The notes below the pieces were generated by a model. That model saw nothing but the letters and a program-made list of their open reading frames with translations, ran no database searches and had not been told where the DNA came from. A stretch of 64,000 bases of DNA, from assembly GCA_963718615.1 (NCBI GenBank), contig OY970368.1, positions 4,672,001 through 4,736,000 on the forward strand. The letters are read 5' to 3'. The number at the start of each line of letters is the position of its first letter. Positions within the stretch are counted from its first letter, which is position 1. A program made the position numbers and the translations under genes. This stretch comes from an uncultured cyanobacterium. Lineage in GTDB: Bacteria > Cyanobacteriota > Cyanobacteriia > PCC-9006 > JAAUQQ01. Shown one piece after another: positions 32,947 through 43,474 of the stretch.

Positions 32947-32996
32947 ACTTCCTAGACCTCCTAGACCTCTTAGGAACGCCGTTAGGAACTCAGATT

Positions 32997-33035
32997 GAAA
33001 AAGCCTCCGCATTTCTACGGAGGCTTTTGTTTTTG
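32997..33035 (+). terminator. Intrinsic terminator
   Basis: AAAAGCCTCCG...CGGAGGCTTTT followed by T-tract. Confidence 0.8.
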
Positions 33036-33276
33036 AAAAAGAGAAAAGCCGTGAACCCACGGTTCTCAATTTTTTGAGAAAGGATATATCACTAGACAGA
33101 AATAACTTTTTTCAAGGAATTTAACGAGCTAACCAGCGACCCTAAGCTTCTGGCAGACGCGCCTCTTAAGTTCGATCGCCATCAAACCCTAAACAGGACA
33201 CCATTCGCTAGCTCTTTGTTGGCCAAAAAGCCTCTACTGCTTCTCCGGTTATTCTCAAGGAATAGCGAAGAAGGAA

Positions 33277-33534
33277 TTAGTAGCGAAAGTCCCGTTCTAG
33301 TTCCGGCTGGGGCATATAGGATTCGAAGTTTGAGGGATCGTAGAGAAACCTCATCGTCTCTTCTTCAAGGCGATGGACATGGAAGGTCTCGACCGTACTG
33401 GTATTGCGGAGAGCCGCCAAATAGCCATCGAGATACAGCCGAAGATCATCCAAGCGATAGCCACGCTCCCAGAGCTCTACCATCGCATCCGTGAGCTTTT
33501 GATAGTGACGAATCGCAGCGGGGTTTTGTAGCAT
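33277..33534 (-). CDS. Conserved small cyanobacterial protein (DUF6761-like)
   Basis: IRHYQKLTDAMVELW.RGY, FLYDPSNF. Confidence 0.8.
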   Translation of the reverse strand: MLQNPAAIRHYQKLTDAMVELWERGYRLDDLRLYLDGYLAALRNTSTVETFHVHRLEEETMRFLYDPSNFESYMPQPELERDFRY

Positions 33535-33980
33535 AGCAAAACCTTAAGTTTTGTATTCATCAAAGGGTGACAAGACCAGAGGCTTCTAGCCAATGCGGCA
33601 GAAACGGTCTGGACAACGAAACCTAAACGAAGCTTAGAAGAGAAGCCGTACTCTAAAATTGTACTGTGAATCGCTCAGTTGGTGAGTGCGGTCTACCGAT
33701 TCCCGAAAAAATCATCATTTGGTCATAATTTTTCGCTTGAGCGTCAAGGTCAGTTTGTAAAACATTGCGTACTTTTATTGAAAAATCTGGCGAGAATCTT
33801 TTTCTCAGACCAAGATCAAAACCTAATAACAGGATAATGCGCTGAACTTCAAGGGAAGTAGCGGCAGTTACAAACGCTTGGGCTGGCGATTTGTTAACGT
33901 TACGTTACGGTCTGAAGTGTGCTTCATCATACTGGGGCTTCCGACGAGATACGGGCAGCATTTTTTGTGAGTGTACCTCT

Positions 33981-34895
33981 GTGGCTTCTGTACAAATACA
34001 GCTAATAGCCGGTAATCCTCACCTTCGCTCTCTGCTAAGCTGGCATCTTCAGCAGGGCGGGTATCGGGTGTGTCAGGCTATGGGGGCACGTCAGGCGCGT
34101 GAACAACTCCAACAGCGATCGCCCATCCTCGTGGTTTTGGATTGCGAACTGGCGGATGGGGAAGGTTTAGAGCTTTGTCGCTGGATTCGAGCAAACTCTG
34201 CGGCATTGCTGATGATGCTCTCGACCAAGGGCGCTGAGGGAGATGTAGTCGATGGGCTGCGCTCGGGAGCGGATGACTACGTCACCAAACCCTTTGGCAT
34301 GCAGGAATTTTTGGCCCGAGTCGAAGCGCTGATGAGGCGAACGCGGCCTACGTCTCCCCCCGCCCTACTGCATTATGGGGATTTAGAAGTCGATTTAATC
34401 CAGCGGCGAGTCCGGCTTTTAGCGCAGCAGATTGAGCTCACCCCCCAGGAGTTTAGTCTGCTGTATGTTTTGGTGCAAGCGGGTGGTGGGGCGCTATCGC
34501 GCAGTGATATTTTGCATCGAGCTTGGCCAGACGGCATTGATAATCCGAGGACGGTAGATACCCATATTCTCTCTTTGCGTAAAAAACTAGAGGTGGATCC
34601 ACGTCAGCCCAGTTTGATTCAGACTGTCCGGAATGTGGGCTATCGGTTTAATTTGGATGTTTTGGAAAGCGGCCATCGCGCGGAAGAGGGGTCACCCGGT
34701 GGCAATCCGTCGCCGAGCGCTCTCCCGGCAAATCCGACCTTAGGCGGGCAACCGTTATCGGGTAGTGTGGCGGATCCTGATTCCGACTCCAGGGGCAGCG
34801 AGGATAGCCATGGCAATGGGCATGGGCGGCAGCCGGGTTCGTCGCTGTCTCCGGTGAGTCAGTCGTCCATGGGTCAGTGGCGTTCCTCTCAGTAG
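33981..34895 (+). CDS. OmpR-family response regulator
   Basis: GADDYVTKPF, LTPQEFSLL, IQTVRNVGYRF; low-complexity tail. Confidence 0.9.
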   Translation: MASVQIQLIAGNPHLRSLLSWHLQQGGYRVCQAMGARQAREQLQQRSPILVVLDCELADGEGLELCRWIRANSAALLMMLSTKGAEGDVVDGLRSGADDYVTKPFGMQEFLARVEALMRRTRPTSPPALLHYGDLEVDLIQRRVRLLAQQIELTPQEFSLLYVLVQAGGGALSRSDILHRAWPDGIDNPRTVDTHILSLRKKLEVDPRQPSLIQTVRNVGYRFNLDVLESGHRAEEGSPGGNPSPSALPANPTLGGQPLSGSVADPDSDSRGSEDSHGNGHGRQPGSSLSPVSQSSMGQWRSSQ

Positions 34896-34952
34896 CCTTT
34901 ATTGCAGTCGTCTTTATTGCAGTCGCCTTTGTTTTATTCGGCGATCTATGTT

Positions 34953-35825
34953 CTAGGCGATATCCTCGTCGTCCCAGTCTTCTGCCTCTGCTTCAGATTG
35001 CTGGGATGGGGGGGCCAAACGGACTTGCAAAGCTTCCCAATCCTCGATGCTCGTGGGGGCGGTGCGGGGTAAATCTTCTAGGAGTCGACCTCGCTGGAGG
35101 CCCAGCAGGCGTTGGCCGAAGAGAATGGGATAGGAGCTCAAGGATAAGCCGTGCAATCGGCTGGCCCAAACGATCGCCAGTCCTGGGGGATGGGTCTGGC
35201 TCAACGCCTCCCAGACCGCTGGGGAGAAGGGCGAAGTCTGGCGCAGCTGAGGGTCGCTGGGTTCATCCAGGAGCAGGATTTGGGGGTCTAGGACTAAGGC
35301 ACGGGCGATCGCCACGCGCTGTTTTTCCAGGGGAGAGAGCTCGGTTTCAGTGCGATCGAGCTGGGCGGTAGAAATTTCTAGGCGGTCAGTCCAGGTGGCA
35401 AGCCGTTGCTGAATCGTGAGAGCGGGGAGTTTTTGGAGCTGGAGGGGATAGGCGATCGCCTCCTTCACCGTCATTCCCAACAAACGCGGCACCTCCGAGA
35501 CCCAAACCACCTGACGACGTAGGGTCGGTGCATCCCACTGGTTGAGGGGCTTGCCTTGAAACAGAATGTCACCTTGGCTGGGTGAGAGTAGTCCGTTCAA
35601 AAGCCGCAGGAGCAGGGTTTTGCCGCTGCCGGATTGGCCGAGGAGGAGGAGGCGATCGCCCCCCTGCACTTCAAAGTTCAAGTCCTGCAACAAAAACAAG
35701 TTGCCCCGCCGGGGCTGCAGACTGACGCCGCGAACAGCGAGCAACGGTTGAGGCGTAGCCCCAGGCGGCATCCAGGAAGCCGTCATTAGGTCAGCCCTAG
35801 GTGGCCAGTGCTGCCAGCGGTCCAC
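34953..35825 (-). CDS. ABC transporter ATP-binding protein (degenerate signature)
   Basis: GQSGSGKT, LLLDEP; signature reads LSPLE. Confidence 0.85.
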   Translation of the reverse strand: MDRWQHWPPRADLMTASWMPPGATPQPLLAVRGVSLQPRRGNLFLLQDLNFEVQGGDRLLLLGQSGSGKTLLLRLLNGLLSPSQGDILFQGKPLNQWDAPTLRRQVVWVSEVPRLLGMTVKEAIAYPLQLQKLPALTIQQRLATWTDRLEISTAQLDRTETELSPLEKQRVAIARALVLDPQILLLDEPSDPQLRQTSPFSPAVWEALSQTHPPGLAIVWASRLHGLSLSSYPILFGQRLLGLQRGRLLEDLPRTAPTSIEDWEALQVRLAPPSQQSEAEAEDWDDEDIA

Positions 35826-36394
35826 AGCACCCAGGTATCCGTGAGCAGTAACAGACCCGTTAGCCCCAAAAGGATGAAATACATCCAGGGCTGGGCCAGG
35901 GGCCGCACATCGCGGGTGTCAATGCCTGTATGGGTTTCTACTAGTTTTACCAATCGGGCAAAGCCCGCGATCCGCATGGGCAGCAAAAAGGCCTGACCAG
36001 CTTCGTTGAGAAAATAATAGACAATCCCGCCCTGGCCTGTGGAACGGGGTTTGAGGCTGCGGATCTCGGACCAATTGAGGGACCAGGAGCGTCGCCAAAG
36101 CCACTGAGCCCAAGGGGCGTAGGTGAGGGTGAGGCCGGTGTCGGTGACGATGACCCGTTCGGTTAAGGCGGCGTAGAGGGCGATCGCCCCCAAGGCTTGC
36201 CCCACCGTCAAGAGCAAGGGCGAAACGCCGCTCCCCGTCACCTGGGCTAATACCGGGAGTGGCAGGGTTAGCGCAGTATAAAACAGCAGCAACGTCAGCC
36301 GAATCAGCATCGAAATCCGAAAGATTTGCTCAAAGACTGGCTCAGAGATTGGTTCAGAGATTGGTTCAGAGGCTGGTTCATTCACCATGGCCAA
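35786..36394 (-). CDS. Conserved membrane protein
   Basis: FRIS.LIR.TL, PR.TGQGG.VYYF, LLPMR. Confidence 0.8.
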   Translation of the reverse strand: MAMVNEPASEPISEPISEPVFEQIFRISMLIRLTLLLFYTALTLPLPVLAQVTGSGVSPLLLTVGQALGAIALYAALTERVIVTDTGLTLTYAPWAQWLWRRSWSLNWSEIRSLKPRSTGQGGIVYYFLNEAGQAFLLPMRIAGFARLVKLVETHTGIDTRDVRPLAQPWMYFILLGLTGLLLLTDTWVLWTAGSTGHLGLT

Positions 36395-36596
36395 ACACCT
36401 CCCGTTCTCGACCGACCCACCATTCCCCTAATTTCATCAAATCCTGGTGGATGTCTTGCAGCGTGGCCATGTAATCCTCGGGGGTCATCTCCGAGCGCTG
36501 CTCCTGGAGCTTTTTGAGCCGCAATTGCACCAGCAGCCAAGGCTTGCTGATGCCGTTGGTCTGATAGATATATTGTCCAAGCTGTTCGCTGTCCAT
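36378..36596 (-). CDS. Conserved small hypothetical protein
   Basis: GISKPWLLVQLRL.KL, LGEWWVGRE. Confidence 0.75.
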   Translation of the reverse strand: MDSEQLGQYIYQTNGISKPWLLVQLRLKKLQEQRSEMTPEDYMATLQDIHQDLMKLGEWWVGREREVFGHGE

Positions 36597-36783
36597 GGAT
36601 GGGGATGGATGGGGATGGATCCAGTTGAAGGGGATACGCAGTATTTTGCCGTACTTTTTAGGGTAACGCTTCGCGAGCGAGGGGGGAGGCATTGCGGGCT
36701 GAAATTCCGGGCAAGCGTCGATCCTGGGACCGACGGGAGAGATTATGATAAGTGAGATTTTTTCACCCACCTGAACCTTCACT

Positions 36784-37434
36784 ATGGCCTTGCAACTGCG
36801 TGTTTATGTCCCGCCTCATCCCCTGATTCGCCACTGGCTGGCGGTGGCTCGGGATGCGGTGACACCTTCACCCCTGTTCCGCACGGCCATGACGGAACTA
36901 GGACGCTGGTTGACCTACGAAGCTGCGCGAGAATGGCTACCCACCCTAGAGGCTCAGGTGCAAACGCCCCTGGCGGAAGCCCCGGCGACGCTGATTGACC
37001 CCAATGTGCCGGTGGTGGTGATTCCGATTTTGCGGGCGGGGCTGTCGCTGCTGGATGGGGCACAAACCCTTTTGCCCCTGGCGGCCATCTATCACTTGGG
37101 CATTGTCCGCAACGAAGAAACGCTGCAACCTTCGTTCTATTTAAACAAGTTGCCCGATCGCCTCGACCCTCAAGCCCGCATTTTGATTTTGGATCCGATG
37201 CTGGCTACCGGTGGGACACTCACAGCGGCGCTGAATGAACTCGTGGCCCGTGGCGCAGATTTATCCTTAACCCGTGTGGTTTCCGTGGTGGCTGCACCCG
37301 TGGCGCTGCAAAGCTTGAGCGAAAACTATCCGGCGCTGACGATTTATACAGCAGCCATTGACGACGGGCTCAATCAAAGTGGCTTTATTGTTCCAGGGTT
37401 GGGAGATGCGGGCGATCGCACCTTTGGCACCTAA
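36784..37434 (+). CDS. upp: Uracil phosphoribosyltransferase
   Basis: PILRAG, DPMLATGG, IVPGLGDAGDR. Confidence 0.97.
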   Translation: MALQLRVYVPPHPLIRHWLAVARDAVTPSPLFRTAMTELGRWLTYEAAREWLPTLEAQVQTPLAEAPATLIDPNVPVVVIPILRAGLSLLDGAQTLLPLAAIYHLGIVRNEETLQPSFYLNKLPDRLDPQARILILDPMLATGGTLTAALNELVARGADLSLTRVVSVVAAPVALQSLSENYPALTIYTAAIDDGLNQSGFIVPGLGDAGDRTFGT

Positions 37435-37540
37435 TCCCCCGTCAACATCTCCTGTCAACATCCCCCGTCAGCGGATCGACTGAGCGACGGTCCTGCCCTG
37501 TAATAAACTTGAGAAAACCGTACCGCAAAGGTAAAACGCC

Positions 37541-37897
37541 ATGAGTGAGCGCGACAATTTTGCTGGAGGCTTCATCGCAGGAGCTATTCTGGGCGGTATT
37601 TTGGGGGGTGTCTTGGGGGCAACTCTGTCCTCCCGTTATGGTCGAGGGGAAGAAGAGGCGATCGCCAAATCCTCTGCCAAATCCTCTCAATCCTCCGCGA
37701 GTGGTCGCCGCCGCCGGGGGCAGTCGGGGGAGCGATCGCCCCTCTCGGTGCCTTCAGAAGCCCGGATCGAAGAAGCCCGCTCTAGCCTAGAAGACAAAAT
37801 CGCCCAGCTCAATTCCGCTATTGATGAAGCTCGGCTCCAGCTCAGCGAAACGGCGGTGCTCAATGCCACCAACCATCAGGCGGCGTCGGACGCTTAG
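37541..37897 (+). CDS. Hypothetical protein (N-terminal glycine-rich TM, coiled coil)
   Basis: F.GGFIAGAILGG, SLEDKIAQLN. Confidence 0.8.
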   Translation: MSERDNFAGGFIAGAILGGILGGVLGATLSSRYGRGEEEAIAKSSAKSSQSSASGRRRRGQSGERSPLSVPSEARIEEARSSLEDKIAQLNSAIDEARLQLSETAVLNATNHQAASDA

Positions 37898-37928
37898 GAG
37901 CTGGGGATTAGAGAGCTCAGGGTGGGGT

Positions 37929-38771
37929 TCAGGGCTCAGAGAGAATTGCTCCGCTGAGGTTCGCGCCGGTCAGGTCGGCGTTGGTGAGATTGGCGCGGCG
38001 TAGATTGGTGTCAATCAAAATGGTGTTGACCAGAATTGCCCCCGACAAATTCGACCAGGTGAGTCGGGCTCGGTAGAGGTTAGCTTCGGAAAAATCTACC
38101 TCCCGCAGACTAGACCAGTTGAGATTGGCCCCTCGCAAATTCGCCCCTCGAAAGCTCGCCCGATACAGATTGGCCCCAATCAGGGTGACCTGGCTGAGGT
38201 CAGCCTCTTCAAAATTGCTTTGAACCACACTGGCCCCGTTGAGCATGGCTCGGGTCAGACGGGCTTGCCTGAAATTGGCTTCATTAAGCTGGGCATTGGT
38301 CAGATTGGCTTCTTCTAGCGTCGTCTTGGCCAGATAGCTGTGCATCAGCTTGGCGCGGCTGAGATTGCTGCTCGTTAGGTCCGCATGGGAGAGATCCGCC
38401 TCTTGCAAATTGGCTTCGCTAAAGTTGGCCTGCTGAAGCTGACAGCCCCGGAGATTGGCCCGCAGCAGACAAGCGCCACGCAGGCTAGCATCCGTGAGCG
38501 TGGCCCCAGAAAGATTGGCGGCGGTGAGGTCCGCGCCAATGAAATTGGCCTCGGTGAGGTCGGCCCCCACGAGATTGGCTCCAGCAAGATTGGCATCCCG
38601 CAAATTAATGCCCTGAAGTTTAGCCCGGTTGAGATTGACGCCTCGCAGGTCCGCATCCCGCAGGCTAATTTCCTGGAGCTCGGCCCGCGAAAGCTGGCTA
38701 CCTGAAAGGCTGGCATCTCGAAAAACTCGCTCACCCTCTGCATATTGCCGCAGCAACTCTGTTCCGTTCAT
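37929..38771 (-). CDS. Pentapeptide-repeat protein
   Basis: [12 protein letters not shown] then A(N/D)Lxx repeats. Confidence 0.93.
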   Translation of the reverse strand: MNGTELLRQYAEGERVFRDASLSGSQLSRAELQEISLRDADLRGVNLNRAKLQGINLRDANLAGANLVGADLTEANFIGADLTAANLSGATLTDASLRGACLLRANLRGCQLQQANFSEANLQEADLSHADLTSSNLSRAKLMHSYLAKTTLEEANLTNAQLNEANFRQARLTRAMLNGASVVQSNFEEADLSQVTLIGANLYRASFRGANLRGANLNWSSLREVDFSEANLYRARLTWSNLSGAILVNTILIDTNLRRANLTNADLTGANLSGAILSEP

Positions 38772-38899
38772 GGCTGTCCTCGAAGTTATCCCCGAAAAAA
38801 AGATCACCGAGGCACCCCCTAATTACCCTGTTCGTTGTGAACCAAATGCTTCAGGATTCTGGGACAATCAGGTTCAGAGAGAATAAAGGATCAAGACCG

Positions 38900-40597
38900 A
38901 TGCCAGAAAACCGCAGAAGCCAAATCATCACCCAGGGCGTGCAGCGATCGCCCAACCGCGCGATGCTCCGGGCCGTAGGGTTTGGCGATGAGGATTTTAC
39001 CAAGCCCATCGTCGGGGTCGCCAGTGCCCACAGTACGATTACGCCCTGCAATATGGGGATTGCGCCCCTAGCGGAGCAGGCAGAAGCGGGAATCCGGCAG
39101 GCGGGGGGCATGCCCCAGATTTTTGGCACGATTACGATTAGTGACGGCATTTCCATGGGCACGGAGGGGATGAAATATTCCCTGGTGTCGCGGGATGTGA
39201 TTGCGGATTCGATCGAGACGGCCTGCATGGGCCAGAGTATGGATGGGGTGTTGGCGATCGGCGGCTGCGATAAGAATATGCCCGGTGCGATGATTGCCAT
39301 GGCGCGGATGAATATTCCGGCAGTCTTTGTCTATGGCGGAACAATTAAGCCCGGTCATCTGGATGGCCAAGACTTGACCGTGGTCAGTGCCTTTGAGGCG
39401 GTGGGCCAGTACAGCGCTGGACGGATCGAAGAGTCGATGCTCTATGCGGTTGAGCGCAATGCCTGTCCGGGGGCGGGATCCTGTGGGGGGATGTACACGG
39501 CGAATACGATGTCCTCGGCCTTTGAGGCGATGGGGATGAGCCTGATGTATTCGAGTACGATGTCGGCGATCGATGCAGAAAAAGCGAAGAATACGGCGCT
39601 GGCGGGTCAGGTTTTGGTGGAGGCGATTCGCAATCAGATTTTGCCGAGGGATATTATTACTCGCCAATCGATTGAGAATGCGGTGTCGGTGATTATGGCG
39701 GTGGGGGGATCGACGAATGCGGTGTTGCATTTTTTGGCGATCGCCCACGCTGCTCAAGTCGATTGGACTATCGACGATTTCGAGCGCATCCGCGCCAAGG
39801 TTCCGGTCCTCTGCGATCTCAAACCCAGCGGTCGCTATGTTGCGACGGATTTGCATCAGGCGGGTGGTATTCCCCAGGTGATGAAAATGCTGCTCAACCA
39901 TGGACTGCTCCACCCGGACTGTCTGACGGTGACTGGGGAGACGATTGCTGAGCGGCTGCGGGATGTGCCGGATGAACCGACGCCCTATGAGCCGATCGCC
40001 GGACATCCGGTGATTCGTCCCTGGGATAATCCGATGTATGCCCAGGGTCACTTGGCGATCCTTAAGGGCAATCTGGCCACGGAGGGAGCCGTGGCCAAAA
40101 TCTCGGGGGTGAAAAACCCCGTGATCACGGGACCGGCAAGGGTCTTTGAATCGGAGGAAGATTGCTTGGCGGCAGTCCTCGACAAGAAAATCAATCCCGG
40201 CGATGTGCTGGTGATTCGCTATGAAGGGCCGAAGGGTGGCCCCGGTATGCGAGAAATGCTAGCTCCGACTTCGGCGATTATCGGTGCGGGGCTTGGCGAT
40301 TCTGTGGGGCTGATTACGGATGGTCGTTTCTCGGGTGGGACCTACGGGATGGTGGTGGGCCATGTTGCGCCGGAGGCTTTTGTGGGGGGAACGATTGGCT
40401 TGGTCCAGGAGGGGGATTCGATTACGATCGATGCGCCCCAGCGGTTGCTTCAGCTCAATCTTTCCGAGGAGGAGTTGGCGCAGCGACGGGCGGCTTGGAC
40501 TCAGCCGGAACCGCGTTATCAGCGGGGGGTATTGGCGAAGTATGCGAAGTTGGTTTCGACGAGTAGTTTGGGGGCGGTGACGGATCGGGATCTCTAG
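38900..40597 (+). CDS. ilvD: Dihydroxy-acid dehydratase
   Basis: [33 protein letters not shown]. Confidence 0.97.
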   Translation: MPENRRSQIITQGVQRSPNRAMLRAVGFGDEDFTKPIVGVASAHSTITPCNMGIAPLAEQAEAGIRQAGGMPQIFGTITISDGISMGTEGMKYSLVSRDVIADSIETACMGQSMDGVLAIGGCDKNMPGAMIAMARMNIPAVFVYGGTIKPGHLDGQDLTVVSAFEAVGQYSAGRIEESMLYAVERNACPGAGSCGGMYTANTMSSAFEAMGMSLMYSSTMSAIDAEKAKNTALAGQVLVEAIRNQILPRDIITRQSIENAVSVIMAVGGSTNAVLHFLAIAHAAQVDWTIDDFERIRAKVPVLCDLKPSGRYVATDLHQAGGIPQVMKMLLNHGLLHPDCLTVTGETIAERLRDVPDEPTPYEPIAGHPVIRPWDNPMYAQGHLAILKGNLATEGAVAKISGVKNPVITGPARVFESEEDCLAAVLDKKINPGDVLVIRYEGPKGGPGMREMLAPTSAIIGAGLGDSVGLITDGRFSGGTYGMVVGHVAPEAFVGGTIGLVQEGDSITIDAPQRLLQLNLSEEELAQRRAAWTQPEPRYQRGVLAKYAKLVSTSSLGAVTDRDL

Positions 40598-40605
40598 GCA
40601 AGCCG

Positions 40606-40630
40606 GGACATGGCAATGCCATGTCCCTAC
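40606..40630. repeat. REP-like palindrome
   Basis: GGGACATGGCAATGCCATGTCCCTAC. Confidence 0.65.
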
Positions 40631-40668
40631 GGGATTCATGATGAACGTCAGTGATGCCCAAAAGTCTT

Positions 40669-40924
40669 CTAGCCATCTAGCGGACTGCGAACGCTTCGGC
40701 CTCCGCGATTGAGCACATGGGTGTAGATCATGGTTGTCTTGACATCTTTTTGACCCAGACGTAGACCGCTACTGTAGAGAATCTGAATCATTAGCCGATA
40801 AACCCCAGACAGGTTCTTAATGATTGCGCAAGTCTCATCAGTCTTGTCTGAACGATAAGAATTAATGTTTGAGACGCAAGGCTTCTCGAACCCTGTCTAG
40901 AAGCTTCTTTGGAGGTTTTTGCAT
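40669..40924 (-). pseudogene. intI: Integron integrase remnant A (multiply deleted)
   Basis: Manual translation: [20 protein letters not shown](fs)SYRSDKT / [28 protein letters not shown] / [28 protein letters not shown]. Confidence 0.88.
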
Positions 40925-40929
40925 GGTAG

Positions 40930-41079
40930 TGTGATAAATCGAATAATTCGGCAGATCACCCTAAATGGCATGATATTCAGAATAATTCTGATGTACTCCT
41001 GGGGATATAGGTCAAAATTCTGCATATCACCCCTCAGGGAGGCAATATACGGAAAACTCTGCATACTAAATTGTTAGAA
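40930..41079 (+). other. Putative attI-A with palindromic repeat array
   Basis: 4 units resembling GATAT.CAGAA..ATTCTGCATATC ending AAATT-GTTAGAA (41073-41079), divergent from intI-A. Confidence 0.6.
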
Positions 41080-41098
41080 TTTTTCATGACACTTTTTC

Positions 41099-41551
41099 AT
41101 GACACTCCCCATTGCCAACCTAATCATCCCGACTTGGGCCCTCTACACTACCAGTGGGCTCTTTGGGTTCCCCGTGATGCTGATCTTGGTGTCAATAGCT
41201 GAATCTGCCATCCTCATCCGTCCCAACTACCCTCACCACTCAGTCCCTCGCATCTTGGCTATGGTAACCATCGCCAATGCCGCCTCCACCATGGTCGGGA
41301 TCCTCATCCTCGCCATGGCAAATCCTCAACCACCCAGATCAGGTGATGCCGTCCTCGTACAAATCATCACGGCACCGACCATTATGGCCATATGCGCAAT
41401 GTGCCTTGCCTCCTTCATCATTGAGGCCCTTGTCCTCTTCCCCACCCTGCCCAAGGCACCCAAGCTAGACCTGATCGTCTACATACTCTTTGCCAATATT
41501 GTCTCATACTCGGCCTTCTACCTCATCGTCTTTTGGATCGAATTGTTTTGA
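41099..41551 (+). CDS. Small hydrophobic membrane protein at attI-A
   Basis: 4 TM-like segments; starts 20 nt after the GTT core. Confidence 0.7.
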   Translation: MTLPIANLIIPTWALYTTSGLFGFPVMLILVSIAESAILIRPNYPHHSVPRILAMVTIANAASTMVGILILAMANPQPPRSGDAVLVQIITAPTIMAICAMCLASFIIEALVLFPTLPKAPKLDLIVYILFANIVSYSAFYLIVFWIELF

Positions 41552-41603
41552 GAAATTTTTCCCAATTGAATCCTCTCCTTATCCCTTCAACCCCGTATCC
41601 AAA

Positions 41604-41843
41604 TTAACGTGAAGGCTTTGCCCGAAGGGCCTGAACATTTTCAAGTGGCTGTTGAAAAATCTCACGATAGAGAAATAAAACTGCACTTTCGGTCACGCCC
41701 ATGTCCTTGGGATGTCGCTTGTTGTGAAACAGAATGTAACGCCGAATCCACTGAACGTAAGTTTGCTCTGTTTTGTAGGAATAGTGATTGAGTCGTAGGG
41801 CTACACGGACTTGATCTAGAAGCTTGGGGGGCTGGGATTGCAT
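41604..41843 (-). pseudogene. intI: Integron integrase remnant B (N-terminal SAM-like domain only)
   Basis: KLLDQVR..LRL.HYSYKTEQTYVQWIRRYILFHNKRHPKDMG / SAVLFLYRE...RAK. Confidence 0.92.
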
Positions 41844-41918
41844 GGGAGCCGAGGATGAAGCCTCTGGGTTCCCTGACTCGGTGGTGAAGATTTTGTAATT
41901 TTCTACGCTGACTCAAAT

Positions 41919-42164
41919 GGGGTGATTATACTGAGACATGCCTGATAATACCTGTGTAGGGATGTTATCCGGCAGCGGTGCCGGGATAACGCCTAGAAAT
42001 GGGTTGTTATCACGCACCTTCGCCTGATAATACCCAACCAGGGATGTTATCCAGCATGATTGCCTGGATAACTGGCTAAGACTGGGGATTATACGGCGTT
42101 GGCGCTTGAGAATACCCGGAGGAGGGAGTTATCAGGCATCGTGCATGAGAATAAGTTGTTATGC
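41919..42164 (+). other. Putative attI-B with six ~41-bp palindromic repeats
   Basis: Units RTTATC.GGC-N5/6-GCC.GATAA at 41925, 41964, 42006, 42046, 42088, 42128; core GTTATGC 42158-42164. Confidence 0.75.
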
Positions 42165-42615
42165 CGCTGAGTTTCTGGTGGAGACATAGCCGCAATATTG
42201 CTTACTGGTGTCCGATATCAAGTTGCTTTGAGACAACGCAAATCGAGAGTTGCCTTAAAAGTAGAAAGCTCAAAAACCTTCTACATTGTCTATGCCGTTG
42301 AGTTATGTTATTACCAAGCAATTCATAAGTAATTAAAGAGACATGACAACCCTGCTTGTTCTTGGCAATATTAATCAGTTTACATTTGCAAACTCTGTAA
42401 TCGCAGCTAACGCCAAGGCTGAGGAAATATTTGAGCAGGGTCTAACAAATATATTTGTTGTGCATTCAAGAGACTCCTATACCAAGCTAAAGAGTAATGA
42501 AGATTGGGTAGATCATGCAGAGGCAAATGGTGTAAGCCGAGAATTATTTGTTGATAAAATTGTTGAGATCACAGCAGAAGATGACTCAATTAAAAGATTC
42601 GTTGATTATATTGAG

Positions 42616-43474
42616 GGTAGTGCCTTTAGCTGGGGGATGAGTATGGTGTGGCCATTAGAGAAAGAAAAAGCAAACTGGGTAAGACCCTTCTGTGCCAATT
42701 GCGATGACTCAAGAGCTGCTTCATTGTCCTAACTGTCTATCTGAAGATATCAGCCGTAACGGCTTCAACGATCGCGGTACTCAAAGCTATAAATGTCGAG
42801 ATTGCCATCGCCGGTTTGTCCTGACTCCGAAATCCCTTCCCTTGAGCGATGAAGAGATAGCCTTGCTCGAACGTTTATTGCTTGAAAGGCTAGCCATCGC
42901 TGGAATTGCTCGGGTGATGCAGCGCTCCGAGAGCTGCATTCAGACCTACGTCAACGCCAAAGCTAAAACCGTTGCTCGGGAGGTGGAAGTGACGAAGAAA
43001 GTAAAAAAGCTCTGACGGTCCAGATGGACGAACTCTGGTCGTTCGTGGACCATAAAGGAAATAAACAGTGGGTTTGGATTGCTCTAGATGCGGACACTCG
43101 CGAAATCATTGGCCTTTATATCGGGGACCGAAGTGCTAAATCTGCCGAAGCTTTATGGCGGTCTCTACCGGGAGTGTACCGCCAATGTGCAGTCATCTAC
43201 ACCGATTATTGGGAGAGCTATGCCTGTGTGCTTCCTAGCCAACGCCACCGAGCGGTTGGGAAAGAAAGCGGGCTGACGAGCTACATCGAGAGGTTCAACT
43301 GCACCCTGCGGCAAAGGGTGTCGCGCTTGGTCCGAAAGGCGCTCTCGTTTTCAAAGAAACAAGAGAACCACGAGGCTGCGATCTGGAATTTCGTTCACCA
43401 TTACAACCAGCAATTGCGCCTTAAGCAGGCTCATACCGCTTCATTCTCTCCAGCACCCACATAATTGGACTACC
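42616..43474 (+). mobile_element. IS1-family element (859 bp)
   Basis: GGTAGT... / ...ACTACC ends; 9-bp target duplication TATATTGAG (42607-15, 43475-83). Confidence 0.93.
42692..43464 (+). CDS. IS1 transposase InsA/InsB, -1 frameshift
   Basis: CPNC...YKCRDC zinc ribbon; AAAAAAG at 43003-43009; MDELWSFV, YTDYW, IERFNCTLRQR. Confidence 0.9.

Noticed and set aside
40669-41843. A single intI split by an inserted gene
   Set aside because: Both pieces contain their own N-terminal KLLD.VR..LRL.H segment
41919-42164. CRISPR or TIGR-like guide array
   Set aside because: Variable segments are only ~5-9 nt, repeats are degenerate, and no cas or Nop-domain gene is adjacent; position fits attI better
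42343-42732. Stand-alone 129-aa protein
   Set aside because: Its tail is read-through into IS1; the true continuation is at 43484
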